Of a stretch of 56,700 bases of DNA, positions 16,694 through 26,551 are shown one piece after another. Both the position numbers and the translations under genes were made by a program. The stretch comes from a virus (taxonomy: Duplodnaviria > Caudoviricetes): the IMG/VR virus record IMGVR_UViG_3300037153_000087, positions 1 to 56,700 of that record, one strand, 5' to 3'. Every line of letters begins with the position of its first letter. The first letter of the stretch is position 1. The notes under the pieces were generated by a model, which was not told where the DNA came from, searched no databases, and worked only from the letters and a program-made list of their open reading frames with translations.

Positions 16694-17640
16694 CTGAGCA
16701 CATCATCAGCCCGTCCGAACTCGACGTCATGCGGCAATGCCCGTTGAGGCATCAACTGCTATACGGCGAGCGCTGGACCAAACCGGTCAAGGACGAGTCG
16801 CACCCGCTCGCGTTCGGCACTCTCTGGCACAGCGTGCTGGAGGCCCATTACCGCTCGATCAAGCTGGAGCAGGACAAGGCCCAGCGCGACATGGGCGGAT
16901 GGAAGAACTTCGACCGGTCGGTCGCCAGGGTGTTCGCCCAGCGCAACGCGCTGGCCGTGATCAGCGAGGTCGAAGACGCCGAGGTGGCCGAGCTGCTGGC
17001 CTGGATGTACGACGGTCACGTCGAGAAGTGGGGGATCGACCCCGAATGGCAGATCGTCGCCATCGAACACCTGGGCGTCGTAGACCTGCCCGGTCCCCCT
17101 GGCGTGACCACCGAGCTGACGTTCAAGCTCAAGTTCCGCATGGACATGATCATCAAGTGGGACGGTCGGCTGTGGATCGTCGACAACAAGAGCTGCAAGA
17201 ACCTTCCGAATCGGCTGGAGCTTGACCTCGACGACCAGTTCGGGCTGTACCACTGGGCTGGCAACGAGATGGGGCTGAACGTGTTCGGCACCATGCACAA
17301 CGCTGCCCGCAAGACGATGCTCAAGGGCGACGTGACTGGGGAGAATCCCAGCGCGCTGGATAACCGGTTCCGCAGGACTCCGCTTACGCGCGGAAAAGTG
17401 GAGCTGGAGACCATCGCGCTGGAAGCCTGGCAGGAGGCCATGGCACGTTACCAGGGCCTGGAGAACATCGAGGCACTGAAGGCGAACGGGCTGCGCATCG
17501 AAGCACAACGCCACCCCTCCCCCATGACCTGCGGCTGGAAATGCGACTTCACCGAGGCGTGCATCGCTGGCCGCAAGGGGGTCGACTTGCGCGGGTATAT
17601 CCAGCGCAAGGGCTACAAGCAGGACTTCACAAGGCACTAG
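16690..17640 (+). CDS. PD-(D/E)XK RecB/Cas4-like exonuclease
   Basis: SPS....QCP, GT..H..LE, E...D...IVDNKS, Q..LY and terminal C..C.F...C. Confidence 0.85.
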   Translation: MTEHIISPSELDVMRQCPLRHQLLYGERWTKPVKDESHPLAFGTLWHSVLEAHYRSIKLEQDKAQRDMGGWKNFDRSVARVFAQRNALAVISEVEDAEVAELLAWMYDGHVEKWGIDPEWQIVAIEHLGVVDLPGPPGVTTELTFKLKFRMDMIIKWDGRLWIVDNKSCKNLPNRLELDLDDQFGLYHWAGNEMGLNVFGTMHNAARKTMLKGDVTGENPSALDNRFRRTPLTRGKVELETIALEAWQEAMARYQGLENIEALKANGLRIEAQRHPSPMTCGWKCDFTEACIAGRKGVDLRGYIQRKGYKQDFTRH

Positions 17641-17647
17641 GAGAGAC

Positions 17648-17890
17648 ATGCGCATCCTCATGATCTGGCTGCTCGCCTCGCTGTTCATGGCGAAGAGCAG
17701 TTACAGCAACAGTCAGGGCAACTGCGTTGACGTGTGGGTCGACTCGGACGGGATGGTCAACGTGGCCAACACCCGCCAGGAGGGCGACCCCAACAGGCCG
17801 ATCGTCAAGTACACCGAGGACGAGTGGCTGGCGTTCACGCAGGGCTGCCACAACCACGAGTTCGAGTACCGGAACCTGGAGAGGCGATGA
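17648..17890 (+). CDS. DUF397 domain protein
   Basis: KSSYS...GNCVDV...P....T..EW.AF..G signature. Confidence 0.85.
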   Translation: MRILMIWLLASLFMAKSSYSNSQGNCVDVWVDSDGMVNVANTRQEGDPNRPIVKYTEDEWLAFTQGCHNHEFEYRNLERR

Positions 17891-18198
17891 CACCCGAGGA
17901 GATGCAGGCAGGCGAGATCCTGCCACAGGTCGGCGAGGTGGCTGCGCATATCGGCAGACAGTACGAGTGCACAAGCGTCGAGTGGGATCGCGAGGACGAC
18001 GAAATCGTCGTCACCTACCGGAGGAGGTACGCCGACTCGCACGGCGAACCCTTGCCCGACCCTTTCAAGCGGGGGTTCCTGGGCATGAGCACGACGGCAA
18101 TGATCTTTGACGAGGCTGCCACCTGGCGCGACGCGTCCGTGTACGAGTTCCCGAAGCGGGACAACCCGCCTGAGTGGGGGAACCGGGACGGTGGCTGA
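17887..18198 (+). CDS. Hypothetical protein
   Basis: ATGA-coupled ORF. Confidence 0.6.
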   Translation: MTPEEMQAGEILPQVGEVAAHIGRQYECTSVEWDREDDEIVVTYRRRYADSHGEPLPDPFKRGFLGMSTTAMIFDEAATWRDASVYEFPKRDNPPEWGNRDGG

Positions 18199-18412
18199 AA
18201 TCAAGTACAAGATCCTGTTCTACAAGGATCGACCCTGGTACACCCGACAGTACGACGTCAAGATGTCGGCGGAGGGCTTCATGGTCCCCGATTCGGTGTG
18301 GCTGGCGAGCTTCTGGACCGTCAAGGGAGCGCGCAAGTTCGTCGAACGACAGGCCAAGAAGCGTGACTTCAAGGTGATCGAAGACGCCGTACTCCAGCAC
18401 AAAGAGCAGTGA
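18191..18412 (+). CDS. Hypothetical protein
   Basis: Overlapping start; followed by a hairpin at ~18411-18447. Confidence 0.6.
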   Translation: MAEIKYKILFYKDRPWYTRQYDVKMSAEGFMVPDSVWLASFWTVKGARKFVERQAKKRDFKVIEDAVLQHKEQ

Positions 18413-18452
18413 ACCCGACCCCCTGCCGTCAAGGTGGGGGGTCGATTCATAC

Positions 18453-18482
18453 TTGACAACTGGTCACCCGCTATGATAGGAT
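18453..18482 (+). promoter_or_regulatory. Class-2 promoter
   Basis: TTGACA-N18-TAGGAT. Confidence 0.75.
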
Positions 18483-18489
18483 AGGTGGT

Positions 18490-18633
18490 ATGGACGACAC
18501 TTGCCCGGTGAACCCTTACACGAACGAGCACTACTGGCTGAACGTAGACGCGTTCCTGGTGTGCATGTTCTGCGAGGCCGAGCAGCCGATCCGCAGTGTC
18601 GAAACCGTAGAGGTGAAAGGAGGTATCCTTTGA
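18490..18633 (+). CDS. Small Cys/His protein, probably leaderless (not in the ORF track)
   Basis: ATG 7 nt after the -10; CP.....EH.W......C..C. Confidence 0.55.
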   Translation: MDDTCPVNPYTNEHYWLNVDAFLVCMFCEAEQPIRSVETVEVKGGIL

Positions 18634-18920
18634 ATCAAGAACGGAAGGGCTGGCGCTCGCGGGGTTCGACCCATCGCAAGGTGATCGTCCTCGCGGGTGA
18701 CCACGCCCAGTTCCTGAAGTTCTGTCGGGATCGCAAGATCCGGCACGACACGGCGATCCACGCCAAGTCGCCTGCGGACATCAGAGGTCAGGAGTACGTC
18801 CAGGTCTACAAGACTGGGACGTGGTACCTGATGGACCGCGAGACGCTGGCGGAGATCGTGGACGCGATTCGGGCCGTTGACCAAGTCGGCATAGCCGAAG
18901 AAGAGGACTACGCCCTGTGA
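18630..18920 (+). CDS. Hypothetical protein
   Basis: TTG start after AAAGGAGGT. Confidence 0.6.
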   Translation: MNQERKGWRSRGSTHRKVIVLAGDHAQFLKFCRDRKIRHDTAIHAKSPADIRGQEYVQVYKTGTWYLMDRETLAEIVDAIRAVDQVGIAEEEDYAL

Positions 18921-19489
18921 AGATCTACATCAACGAACAGGACCTCGTTCATCGAGGCGAGTGGGAGGTCAGTAGCGAGCCGATCGATGTGACGCCGCTC
19001 CAGGTCGTCAAGCCCGACATGCGCTGGAGCCACGTCGACTCGAAGGGTCACTACCACGCGTTCAGCGACAACAAGGAGGAGCAGCTCCCGACCCTGCGAC
19101 GCGAGAACCTCACCCACGAGCACAGCGAAGACCTGGGTGACGACGAGGTCGAAGTGTGGACCTCGATCGAGGTGGTGTACCACTGCCACCTGTGCGACGA
19201 GAAGATCGAACCCAAGTGGGACGTCAGTACCCCTACCCACCGAATCATGGCACCTGGTAGGCTGTCCTGGCGGGTGGGCGTGCGCGCGATCGGCTCGAAT
19301 TGCGGGCTGCTCAGCCAGCTCAACGGCCAGGAGGTGTCGGTGCGGGTCGAGGACGACGAGCAGACCCTGTTCGGCATCGGCCTGTTCCGGGTCAGTGCTG
19401 GCGAGGGGGGCGACGGTCCTGTCAGGCTGTTCGGCGACGTGTACGGCAGGGGTCCCCTTGGCGTACGGAACAAGAAGGGCAACAGATGA
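18917..19489 (+). CDS. Hypothetical protein
   Basis: Coupled at both ends; W.HVD..GH.H and C..C motifs. Confidence 0.7.
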   Translation: MKIYINEQDLVHRGEWEVSSEPIDVTPLQVVKPDMRWSHVDSKGHYHAFSDNKEEQLPTLRRENLTHEHSEDLGDDEVEVWTSIEVVYHCHLCDEKIEPKWDVSTPTHRIMAPGRLSWRVGVRAIGSNCGLLSQLNGQEVSVRVEDDEQTLFGIGLFRVSAGEGGDGPVRLFGDVYGRGPLGVRNKKGNR

Positions 19490-20340
19490 GCCTGGCTGAC
19501 GAGAACGAGGTCGTGCGAGCCGTGTTCTACGGCAGGTACGGTACGGGCAAGACGACGGCAGCCGCTCACGCGGCTCATCTCGGCAAGATGGTCTACATCG
19601 ACGCCGAGAAGCGGCTCAAGGGCGGACCGCTGCGCAGGCTGGGGGTGCCGATCGACAACATCGAGCCCTTCCGCACGATCCAGCACGAGGCCCTGGAGAA
19701 GCTGATCTGGGACATCAAGGGTCGGCTGCACGACGAGCCTGGCAGCGTCGCTGCGATCGGGCTGGATGGTGTCGACGAGACCACCAAGCTGCTGGTCGGC
19801 GAGGTGCTCAACGAGAACACCGAGAAGCTGATGGCCCGAGCCGAGAAGCGTGGCGAGGTCGTCGAGGTCAACCCCTATCAGGTCGATATCGACATGTGGG
19901 GCGAGATGACCGAGCAGTTCAGGCGGTTCCTCAGGCACACGAAGGACCTCGACTGCCACCTGGTGTTCACCAGCCACGAGCGTCGAGTGCAGGACGACGA
20001 CGGCACCGTGAGCTACGGACCCGCTGCCACGCCTGCGGTCCAGGCCGACCTGATGAGCTATGTGGACGTGGTCGGCCACACATACATCGACGCGGGGTAC
20101 TACGTCGCCAGGTTCGCGCCTGGGACCAAGTACGAGGCCAAGGACACGTTCGGCGTTCTGCCTGCGGTCATGGCCAACCCCACCATGGATCGAGTCGTCG
20201 CCTACGTCAGGGAAGAGCTGACGGCGGAGACCGACCCGGTTCAGCAGGAGTACCTCACCCACAGAGCTGAAGTGGCCGCGAAGGCCAAGGACGCAATCGT
20301 GGCGTCCGGAGGTGAACGCAGGCGCAGAACCAGGGCTTGA
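19486..20340 (+). CDS. AAA_24/Sak4-like ATPase
   Basis: FYGRYGTGKT Walker A; IDAE; LDG; FTSHE; AKD. Confidence 0.85.
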   Translation: MSLADENEVVRAVFYGRYGTGKTTAAAHAAHLGKMVYIDAEKRLKGGPLRRLGVPIDNIEPFRTIQHEALEKLIWDIKGRLHDEPGSVAAIGLDGVDETTKLLVGEVLNENTEKLMARAEKRGEVVEVNPYQVDIDMWGEMTEQFRRFLRHTKDLDCHLVFTSHERRVQDDDGTVSYGPAATPAVQADLMSYVDVVGHTYIDAGYYVARFAPGTKYEAKDTFGVLPAVMANPTMDRVVAYVREELTAETDPVQQEYLTHRAEVAAKAKDAIVASGGERRRRTRA

Positions 20341-20366
20341 CAGCCTGGCAAGTCCTATGATAAGCT
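20337..20366 (+). promoter_or_regulatory. Class-2 promoter
   Basis: TTGACAGCCTGGCAAGTCCTATGA-TAAGCT. Confidence 0.75.
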
Positions 20367-20424
20367 GCTAGAGCATTCCCACTCCGGGGGTGTGGCATCC
20401 GCCGAAAATAACAAGGGAGAAGAG

Positions 20425-20931
20425 ATGCCGAAGCTCAACCCGACCAAGGCCGCTGAAGTCCGCAAGGCGGGTGAGGAGGGCAGCAAGTTCGTCCTCCTGC
20501 CCGTGGGCCTCTACGTCGTCAAGCTCATGGACGTCGAGTCCAAGGAGTCCTCGAAGGGCGACCCGATGTGGGTCTGGACCTTCGAGACCGTCCGGTTCCT
20601 CGACGGCGAGCCCAAGAACGACAAGGGCGAGGTCGTCAACGTCTCCGGCAAGGAGATCCGGTACTACACCGTCATCAAGGACACCACGCTGTGGGACCTG
20701 GACCGCGTGTTCGGTGCCTTCGGTGTGGAGCCGGACACCGACACCGACGAGCTGATGGGCGACGAGATCGTCGTCATGGTCGAGCAGGAGCCGATCACGC
20801 GAGGCAAGTCCAAGGGCAAGATGGGCAACTCCATCTCCGACCTGATGAGCCTGGCGGACGGCGAGGCCAAGGCCAACGACGACGAGTACGAGTCGGTCGA
20901 CGGGGGTTCCACCGAGGAGCCCCCTTTCTAG
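20425..20931 (+). CDS. ssDNA-binding protein, DUF669/gp2.5-like
   Basis: LLP.G.Y...SSKG.PM; acidic tail ending PPF; follows the Sak4-like gene. Confidence 0.75.
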   Translation: MPKLNPTKAAEVRKAGEEGSKFVLLPVGLYVVKLMDVESKESSKGDPMWVWTFETVRFLDGEPKNDKGEVVNVSGKEIRYYTVIKDTTLWDLDRVFGAFGVEPDTDTDELMGDEIVVMVEQEPITRGKSKGKMGNSISDLMSLADGEAKANDDEYESVDGGSTEEPPF

Positions 20932-21045
20932 AAGAACCCGGTCACGGTTACTGGGAGTCCGGTGACTACTGACCCCTAACCCCTGCCCCTGCGTCCATCA
21001 CCACCCCCGGACGCAGGGGCAGGTCCGTCTTAAAAGGTAGAGAGG

Positions 21046-23736
21046 ATGCTACTCTTGAGTAATCACGCGGAAGCCATTAGGAGGCTCCAAGATGAATGGG
21101 GATTCGTCCCTCTGCCCTGCGCACCAGGCGAGAAGCACCCTTACGTAAACTGGACCGACTACCGCGACACGCCACCCTCCCCCGAGGAAACAACCCTCTG
21201 GTTCGAGGACCCGGAAACTGGGGCCTGGACGATCACCGGTCCGATCAGCGGCTGGGCGGTTCTGGACACAGACAACGAGGCTGGCGAGGCCCTGTGGCGC
21301 GAGCGACTGGGCGACCTGCTCGAACAGACCGCCTGCGTCCGGACTCGGCGAGGCTACCACTACTTCTTCAAGGTGCCACACGACCGACCGTTCCCCCGAT
21401 GGACCTGGGAGCAGGACCCCGAGGCGATCGAGCGCGATGCGCACTTCGACGTGCTGGGCAACGGCTACGGCGTGATGATCCCGCCAAGCCCGTTCCCCGA
21501 TGGACCCGCCAACGACGGACGGGAAATCTATGAGTGGGTGCGGGGGCCTGAGTGCGCGCTGGACGCTCCAGCATCGTTGCGGAAGCCGTCCAAGGGCCTC
21601 CAGCGGCCTGCCCGATCAGCGGAGGCCGCGAGCGGTCGGAGCACCCTGGCTGGACTGCTGACGAATCGACCGGACGAGGGCAACCGGAACAACTGGCACA
21701 ACAAGGTCGCTGGCCACATGGCCAAGGTGATCCCGTTCGAGGACGGGTTCCTGGCGCTGGCCTCGATCGTCAACGACTCGCTCAATAACCCGATGGACGA
21801 GGGCGAGCTGCTCAAGACCTGGCGTCAAGCTTGGACCACCGAGCATGACAAGGGCAAGATGGGCAACGAGGACACCGGTTGGTTGTCGACGGACGGTAAG
21901 CGCATCTACACGGTGATTCGGGCCAAAGACGAGGAGGACCGCAACACGTACCTGCCTTACCCGTGGCTGAACGGGGACATCCGGGTCATCGGCGTTAACG
22001 AGGACGAGACCGGAGGCAGGGCGTACATGGTCGAGATCGTCCGGGAGCGTGGTGAACCGGTGCAGGACGTCGTTAAGCCGTCGATCCTGGCGACAGCAGC
22101 CGACCGCTGGCTCGGTGGGTTCGGTATGTCGGTGATGACACCGCCTGTGGGCAAGGTCGATGTGGCTGGGAGGGCTGGCACCGGGAATCGGCTGATCCGG
22201 TTCTTCGAGGCTCAGGAACCGCCGAGGTTCCGAGTCGTGCAGTGCCTGGGCTGGAACCACGAGTACCAGGTGTTCCTGACGAACACGGGCGTCATCCTTG
22301 GCGTGCCTGGGGAAGCCGAGCTGAGCAAGTTCGATGGCGTGAGGCCCAACCCCGAGATCGCAGAGAACGACCTGGTCAGTGTACGGTACGGGTTCGAGGC
22401 CAGCGAGGACGAGGCCATCGCCGTGCTGAAGGAGGTCATGCGGTTCCACTACGAGGAGTTCACGGCTGTGTTCGCGAGCTTCTGCGTGGCGAGCGTCTTG
22501 AAGGGGCAGATGGAACCGCTGACCAACGTCTGGCCGTACCCGATCGTCGAAGCACCCTCCGGCTCGTCCAAGTCGCACGGATTCATTCCAATGATCCAGC
22601 AGCTCATTGGCCGAAGGGGCAAGGCGGGCACGTTCACCAAGGCCGCTGCCCGCGACGCGCTGGGAGCCCACAGGTGTCTGCCCGAGTGGATTGACGACCC
22701 GGACGACCTTAACAACGTCAAGGAGCTGCTCCGGCTCTGCGCGTCCGAGGGAACCTCGAAGAGGAAGGGCGGCATCGACTTCCGGAAGAACATCGTCACC
22801 GAGCTGGTGTCAACGCCGATCATCACGGCGGAGTCGGTGGGGCTGCTCGACCAGAAGGCGTACATGGACCGAGCGATCGCTCTGACGCTGCGCAACCCGC
22901 AGACCCGAATGTCGCTCCACGACCCGAGCAAGCCCCAGATCGACGACATTGACGATCTGCGCTCCAAGTACGGCGGAGACCTCTCGTGCCTGGCTGGGCA
23001 CGTGGTGAGCCTCATCCTCCAGCGGCGTTCTCTGGTGACCGCCGAGCGGTTCCGGCAGTACCGTGCTGGGCACCCAGGCAGGCACGCGGACAAGTTGGCC
23101 ATCTTGAAGATGGGCGCGTTCGTGCTGGCCGACATCCTGGGTCCCGACTTCCAGTGGGTCGTCGATAACGTCGAAGCGTGGATCGCCGAACAGGAGTACG
23201 ACCCGAACGCGAACAGGCTGACGCGTCGGCTCATTCCCGACGCCATCACACTGTTGGGCGTGCACGACGTTCCCAAGCACTGGGAGGGCAACGCGCCCAG
23301 CCCCGTGCTCGTACGGAAAGACAAGGACGGGAACGAAGCGATCTGGGTCAACACTCGGCACCTGGCACTTTGGTGGTACGCGCACACGAAGGGTCGGATC
23401 GAGGAGCGGACCGACACCGAGGACGCGTTGACGCAGCAGGCCGACGCCCTAGGCATGAAGGGTCGGAAGGCTGGCGAGCAGGGCGTCGACTTCATCAAGG
23501 TCAACTATCAGTCGATCGAGGGACGACGCACCAACGCGATCTATCGGCGACTGCCGGACATGGTTTCGGAACGGCTGCTGGACGGGTTGCTGGCGGAGGA
23601 CACCCCCAGGTCACAGGGTGCCTCACGGGGGGCCTCGCGCGGAGGACGGGGGGGTCCTCAGCCCCAGAATGGCAGTAAACCAAGGTTGGATGCTGACACC
23701 GTGTCACGGATCAGAACCCAGCGGAGCACCCCCTGA
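21046..23736 (+). CDS. Bifunctional primase-polymerase with C-terminal helicase-like domain
   Basis: VLDTD, VRTRRGYHYFF and PPS prim-pol motifs; G.RN primase C-terminal; P-loop-like APSGSSKS; IDD. Confidence 0.85.
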   Translation: MLLLSNHAEAIRRLQDEWGFVPLPCAPGEKHPYVNWTDYRDTPPSPEETTLWFEDPETGAWTITGPISGWAVLDTDNEAGEALWRERLGDLLEQTACVRTRRGYHYFFKVPHDRPFPRWTWEQDPEAIERDAHFDVLGNGYGVMIPPSPFPDGPANDGREIYEWVRGPECALDAPASLRKPSKGLQRPARSAEAASGRSTLAGLLTNRPDEGNRNNWHNKVAGHMAKVIPFEDGFLALASIVNDSLNNPMDEGELLKTWRQAWTTEHDKGKMGNEDTGWLSTDGKRIYTVIRAKDEEDRNTYLPYPWLNGDIRVIGVNEDETGGRAYMVEIVRERGEPVQDVVKPSILATAADRWLGGFGMSVMTPPVGKVDVAGRAGTGNRLIRFFEAQEPPRFRVVQCLGWNHEYQVFLTNTGVILGVPGEAELSKFDGVRPNPEIAENDLVSVRYGFEASEDEAIAVLKEVMRFHYEEFTAVFASFCVASVLKGQMEPLTNVWPYPIVEAPSGSSKSHGFIPMIQQLIGRRGKAGTFTKAAARDALGAHRCLPEWIDDPDDLNNVKELLRLCASEGTSKRKGGIDFRKNIVTELVSTPIITAESVGLLDQKAYMDRAIALTLRNPQTRMSLHDPSKPQIDDIDDLRSKYGGDLSCLAGHVVSLILQRRSLVTAERFRQYRAGHPGRHADKLAILKMGAFVLADILGPDFQWVVDNVEAWIAEQEYDPNANRLTRRLIPDAITLLGVHDVPKHWEGNAPSPVLVRKDKDGNEAIWVNTRHLALWWYAHTKGRIEERTDTEDALTQQADALGMKGRKAGEQGVDFIKVNYQSIEGRRTNAIYRRLPDMVSERLLDGLLAEDTPRSQGASRGASRGGRGGPQPQNGSKPRLDADTVSRIRTQRSTP

Positions 23737-23915
23737 GGCCCCCTGGAGGACAGCCTGAGGACCCAGGGGTGTAAATACTCCCTCCCAAGTGAGAAATAGA
23801 TGAGGACATGAGGACCCCTGTAGTGTGTGGTGGTCGTGCGTACGCAGGCACACATACGGGCGCACACGGGCACGTGCACGCGAGGCGCTGCTCTCCGGGG
23901 GTCCTCGCGTCCTCA
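23733..23915. repeat. Non-coding GAGGAC repeats, candidate replication origin
   Basis: GAGGAC at 23746, 23757, 23802, 23810; inverted GTCCTC at 23901, 23909; AT-richer patch between. Confidence 0.4.
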
Positions 23916-23928
23916 CCCCCGTTCGGGC

Positions 23929-23958
23929 TTGACAAAGTGTCACCTCCCATGATAGGAT
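23929..23958 (+). promoter_or_regulatory. Class-2 promoter
   Basis: TTGACA-N18-TAGGAT. Confidence 0.75.
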
Positions 23959-23987
23959 CGTGGGCAGACCGACGACAGGAGGCTACG

Positions 23988-25703
23988 GTGGGTGTTTTCG
24001 AGGACGTGCTGGCTGGACTGGGCTACGCGCCCAGGCCACAGCAGACGGAGCTGGTCCGCGTGGCCCGAGAGACCATGCGGGGAGGGCAGCGATTCGTGCA
24101 GGCAGGCACAGGCACCGGTAAGTCCTACGCCGTGTTGTCGGTGGCCCTGGAGCACGCGCGCCAGACGGGCATGCCAAGCGTGGTCATCTGCCCGAACAAC
24201 ACGCTGATCGACCAGTACGTCACCAAGGACGCTCCCGCCGTGAATGGCATCGCTGGCGGCAAGTTCGTCCACATCAAGGGACGGAACCGCTACGTCTGCG
24301 CCGACAGTGCAGCGCTCATCTTCAAGAAGCGCGACGGGGTTCAGGCTCTGTTCCTGGGCTGGGCAGCCCAGGGCGGTGGCTTCCTGGAGTGGGCCAAGCT
24401 CGGACTCGACGAGTCGTATGCGTGCCCTGGGTCGGACGTCTGCGACGGCGAGCTTTGCGGCGCGATCATGGCCCGAATGGCAGCGGTTGACGCCGACGTG
24501 ATCATCACCAACGCGCACGTCCTGATGTGGGACTACCTCATCGGGATCTACACGGCGGGTGCGGCTGGTCTGCTGCCCGAATACGGCGCGCTGTTCGTTG
24601 ACGAGTGTCACGAGCTGGAGTCGGTCGGCAGGGGCTGCCTGTCCGACGAGATCACCTCGAAGAGCCCGGTTGCGGACGAGGTCCCCCGGCTCAAGGAGTG
24701 GATGGCCGAGGTCGGACGCAACATGGTCAAGGAGGGTAGGCGCGAGCAGGCCCTTGAACAGAGCCTGGCCATCCAGCAGATGGCTGCCGAGGCGACCCGC
24801 ATGGCCGTCGACCTCGAATACTCGTACGGCGACGAGATCCCCAAGACGGTCAAGCGTCAGATCAAGCGGCTCCGCAAGTTCGCCGATATCGCGACCAACG
24901 ACTCGCCGTTCCACGTGTCGATAGTGGAGGCTTTTGACTCTCCTGGGGAGGGTGGCGCTCGCGCGCTGGACAAGGTTCAACTTCGACGCGTCTGCGTGGA
25001 TGCGTCCAGCCAGTTCGCCGAGATCCTGACCGCGCAACCGACTGTGCTCGTGTCCGGAACGATTCCGGGGTCCGACCGTCGTCGGCTGGGCCTGCCCAAG
25101 GTCCGGATTGCCGACGTTGGCCACCCGTTCGACTACTCCAAGTCGACGCTGGTCGTCAGTCGCTACAGCCCCAAGGAGTCAACCGACATCGTGCACCGAG
25201 TCAACTCGGCGGTTCGGGCGATTAACCAGACCAAGGGCGGCACGCTGCTCCTGTTCACGAGCTGGGCTGACCTGGAGACCGTGACCCCCCTCATCGCCGA
25301 GCGGCTCGACGCGGGAATCGACGTTTACGCGCAGTCGAAGGACGAACCCGCCACCCTCCCCGAGGACGTCGAAGCCTTCCGGCAGGACGGCAACGCGGTG
25401 TTGGCTGGAGTGCGGAGCCTATTCACGGGCCTGGACATCCCAGGGCCTGCGCTGCGACAGGTCATTCTGTGGAAGCTGCCGTACGCAGTTCCGACCATCG
25501 AGGTCAAGGCGATTCAGGACCGGTTCGGCAGGGCGGTGTACCGGGACCAGATGACCATGACGCTGGTTCAGGCTGTTGGTCGGCTTATTCGGACGACCGA
25601 CGACGAGGGACGCATATTGATCATGGACTGCCGAGCCGCGAAACTGCGCTGGGCAGACGACCGGATGGCGTACCACCTCGACGAGTTCAGGAGGCAGCGG
25701 TGA
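23988..25703 (+). CDS. DinG/YoaA-family SF2 helicase
   Basis: RPQQ Q-motif; AGTGTGKS; KGRNRY.C with further Cys; DECH; SGT; LLLFTS; QAVGRLIR. Confidence 0.92.
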   Translation: MGVFEDVLAGLGYAPRPQQTELVRVARETMRGGQRFVQAGTGTGKSYAVLSVALEHARQTGMPSVVICPNNTLIDQYVTKDAPAVNGIAGGKFVHIKGRNRYVCADSAALIFKKRDGVQALFLGWAAQGGGFLEWAKLGLDESYACPGSDVCDGELCGAIMARMAAVDADVIITNAHVLMWDYLIGIYTAGAAGLLPEYGALFVDECHELESVGRGCLSDEITSKSPVADEVPRLKEWMAEVGRNMVKEGRREQALEQSLAIQQMAAEATRMAVDLEYSYGDEIPKTVKRQIKRLRKFADIATNDSPFHVSIVEAFDSPGEGGARALDKVQLRRVCVDASSQFAEILTAQPTVLVSGTIPGSDRRRLGLPKVRIADVGHPFDYSKSTLVVSRYSPKESTDIVHRVNSAVRAINQTKGGTLLLFTSWADLETVTPLIAERLDAGIDVYAQSKDEPATLPEDVEAFRQDGNAVLAGVRSLFTGLDIPGPALRQVILWKLPYAVPTIEVKAIQDRFGRAVYRDQMTMTLVQAVGRLIRTTDDEGRILIMDCRAAKLRWADDRMAYHLDEFRRQR

Positions 25704-25948
25704 GCAGAACGTTCTACTATCGGCAGGTTCAGCCTCCCCCCGAGGGGGAGTACATTGACCTCGCCCTGGGTGTGGCCATCCAGAAGGAGGGAGGTGCCGA
25801 CTGGGGCGAGTCGGTCGTCATCAAGAAGGGCGACTGGATGCACGCGTTCGTCAAGGGCCTGGCCGCGTCGGGCACGATGGAAGGCGCGCAGGAGTTGGCC
25901 GACGCCATCGAGCGGCTCGAAACGATTCAGGTCTACGTACGGTTCTGA
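25700..25948 (+). CDS. Hypothetical protein
   Basis: AGGAGG RBS; GTGA coupling. Confidence 0.65.
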   Translation: MSRTFYYRQVQPPPEGEYIDLALGVAIQKEGGADWGESVVIKKGDWMHAFVKGLAASGTMEGAQELADAIERLETIQVYVRF

Positions 25949-25962
25949 GCCCGTTACGGTAC

Positions 25963-25992
25963 TTGACAGCCTGGCAAGTCCTATGATAGGAT
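25963..25992 (+). promoter_or_regulatory. Class-2 promoter
   Basis: TTGACAGCCTGGCAAGTCCTATGA-TAGGAT, preceded by CCGTTACGGT. Confidence 0.75.
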
Positions 25993-26038
25993 CGTAGTAG
26001 TGGGGGCGGAGAGCCCCCTAGGCGAGAGGATTCCTCCC

Positions 26039-26209
26039 ATGACCAACGAGCCGATCACCAAGGACAGCACCGACGCCGAGCTGCGCGACGCCTACAACCG
26101 TGGCGTCCGGATCTCGACCCTGATGCGCCTGACGGGCAAGAGCTACCAGGACATCCAGGGTCGGCTCCAGCGGATCGGTGCGCGGATGCGGACGGGGGAC
26201 AAGCGCTAA
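26039..26209 (+). CDS. Small helix-turn-helix protein
   Basis: LR.AY..G..I..L...TGKSY..I...L...G..MR. Confidence 0.65.
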   Translation: MTNEPITKDSTDAELRDAYNRGVRISTLMRLTGKSYQDIQGRLQRIGARMRTGDKR

Positions 26210-26466
26210 TGGCGAAGAACTACCACACCCCCAACATGGGCAGCAGCCCGCTCGACGGCATCGCCAACGCGTCGGCTGCGATTCAGGCCCTGTGGAAGAA
26301 GATCAAGGGCAAGAAGCCGCTCAGCCCGACCGAGTTCGCGAAGGCCAAGGCCAACGCGATGATCACGTCGGCTGCCGAGTCGGCTGGGATCACGCTCGGG
26401 ATGTGCAAGCATCGTGGTACCAAGCGCGGTTCGAAGTGCGGCGGCTGCGGTAGTAAGATCTGGTAG
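26209..26466 (+). CDS. Hypothetical basic protein with C-terminal Cys cluster
   Basis: TAATG coupling; C.H....C..C. Confidence 0.65.
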   Translation: MAKNYHTPNMGSSPLDGIANASAAIQALWKKIKGKKPLSPTEFAKAKANAMITSAAESAGITLGMCKHRGTKRGSKCGGCGSKIW

Positions 26467-26496
26467 TTGACGGAGCGTCAACCACCGTGATAGGAT
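26467..26496 (+). promoter_or_regulatory. Class-2 promoter for the DNA polymerase
   Basis: TTGACG-N18-TAGGAT. Confidence 0.65.
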
Positions 26497-26551
26497 CTCG
26501 TAATGAGCCCCTCGCCCAGTAGGGTGGGGGGCTCCACCAATTGGAGGATAC

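Noticed and set aside
16690-25703. Cas4-like nuclease plus DinG as a type IV CRISPR-Cas system
   Set aside because: No repeat-spacer array and no Cas7/Cas5/Cas6. The nuclease sits with a Sak4-like ATPase and SSB, the usual phage recombination trio.
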